64,000 bases of DNA, taken from Schmidtea polychroa (taxonomy: Eukaryota). Positions 63,520 to 64,000 of this stretch are shown here, piece by piece. The translations under genes and the position numbers were made by a program. Every line of letters starts with the position of its first letter. Positions within the stretch are counted from its first letter, which is position 1. Below the pieces are notes generated by a model, which was given only the letters and a program-made list of their open reading frames with translations, searched no databases and was not told the origin of the DNA. The stretch is taken from contig CM097887.1 in assembly GCA_044892525.1 (NCBI GenBank), forward strand, positions 74,896,001-74,960,000. Reading direction: 5' to 3'.

Positions 63520-63960
63520 GATGCTTGTCAAAATCGAATGCTGAGGTGTTGGCATCAAGACTGAATGACAAAAATCTCCTCTCTCACAGTACTTGCATCA
63601 CATTTTACCGAAGTAGACATGAATAGTACCTCCCGTTTTTCACTAAAGATATTGCACAGCTCCTGCAAAAACTAGGAGTAACATAATACAAAACCGAAGA
63701 GTGGAGACTATTTATTGACAGCAGTAAGCGATCGCTGAAATGTGTTCTATTGCACCATGGCAACCAGTTTGCCTCTGTGCCAATCGTACATTCAACAACA
63801 CTCAATGAGAAGTATGAGGCGGTGAAGTACGTTAGGGAGAAAATTCGTTATGATCAGCATGAGTAGCTGATTTGTGTCGATTTGAAAATGGTTAACCTTT
63901 TGTTGGGACAATAGTCTGGGTTTACAAAGTTCACATGTTTTCTCTGTTTGTGGGACAATA
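63520..63960 (+). mobile_element. Degenerate DNA-transposon transposase, Chapaev3 (CMC)-like
   Basis: LSKSNAEVLASRL..KNLL...EWRLFIDSSKRSLKCVLLHHGN...VPI.HS...E.Y...ICVDLKMVNLLLGQ*SGFTKF.CFLCLWD, with stops and an internal deletion. The family assignment is from my recollection of this motif set. Confidence 0.7.
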
Positions 63961-64000
63961 TTACATAAAGAAGGAGTGACCTATAACGGAAGAATTACTG

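Overview
Very AT-rich animal genomic DNA from a draft scaffold with four N gaps. It is not prokaryotic: I found no CRISPR array, rRNA gene or tRNA gene. A triclad flatworm or similar AT-rich invertebrate is my inference, not something the sequence proves. The main host feature is one spliced + strand gene spanning 12220-56027, which I assembled by hand into 8 coding exons. All seven introns are GT..AG and the phases match. The exons total 1602 nt, giving a 533-aa protein with a PET domain and six LIM domains (LIMPETin/Limpet/lim-9 type). Its introns and flanks are dense with transposons. These include a near-intact Buster-type hAT (42652-45286, perfect 8-bp TSD, transposase broken by only two lesions) and several MITEs with TIRs and TSDs (hAT, pogo/Tigger, piggyBac, a CACAC-ended type). 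There are also relics of Tigger, mariner, Tc1, Merlin, Chapaev3-like and Ty3/Gypsy elements. A full-length, young Ty3/Gypsy LTR retrotransposon (56603-62888) sits just downstream of the gene, with a CHCC Gag knuckle, tRNA-Leu PBS, PPT and 5-bp TSD. Two intact orphan ORFs (5-988 and 4044-4496) match no family I recognise. I see no evidence of a wholly new molecular system. The best leads are the orphan ORFs, the two near-intact mobile elements, a possible FHL-like short isoform, a decayed membrane-protein-like relic in intron 7 and a 33-bp hairpin.
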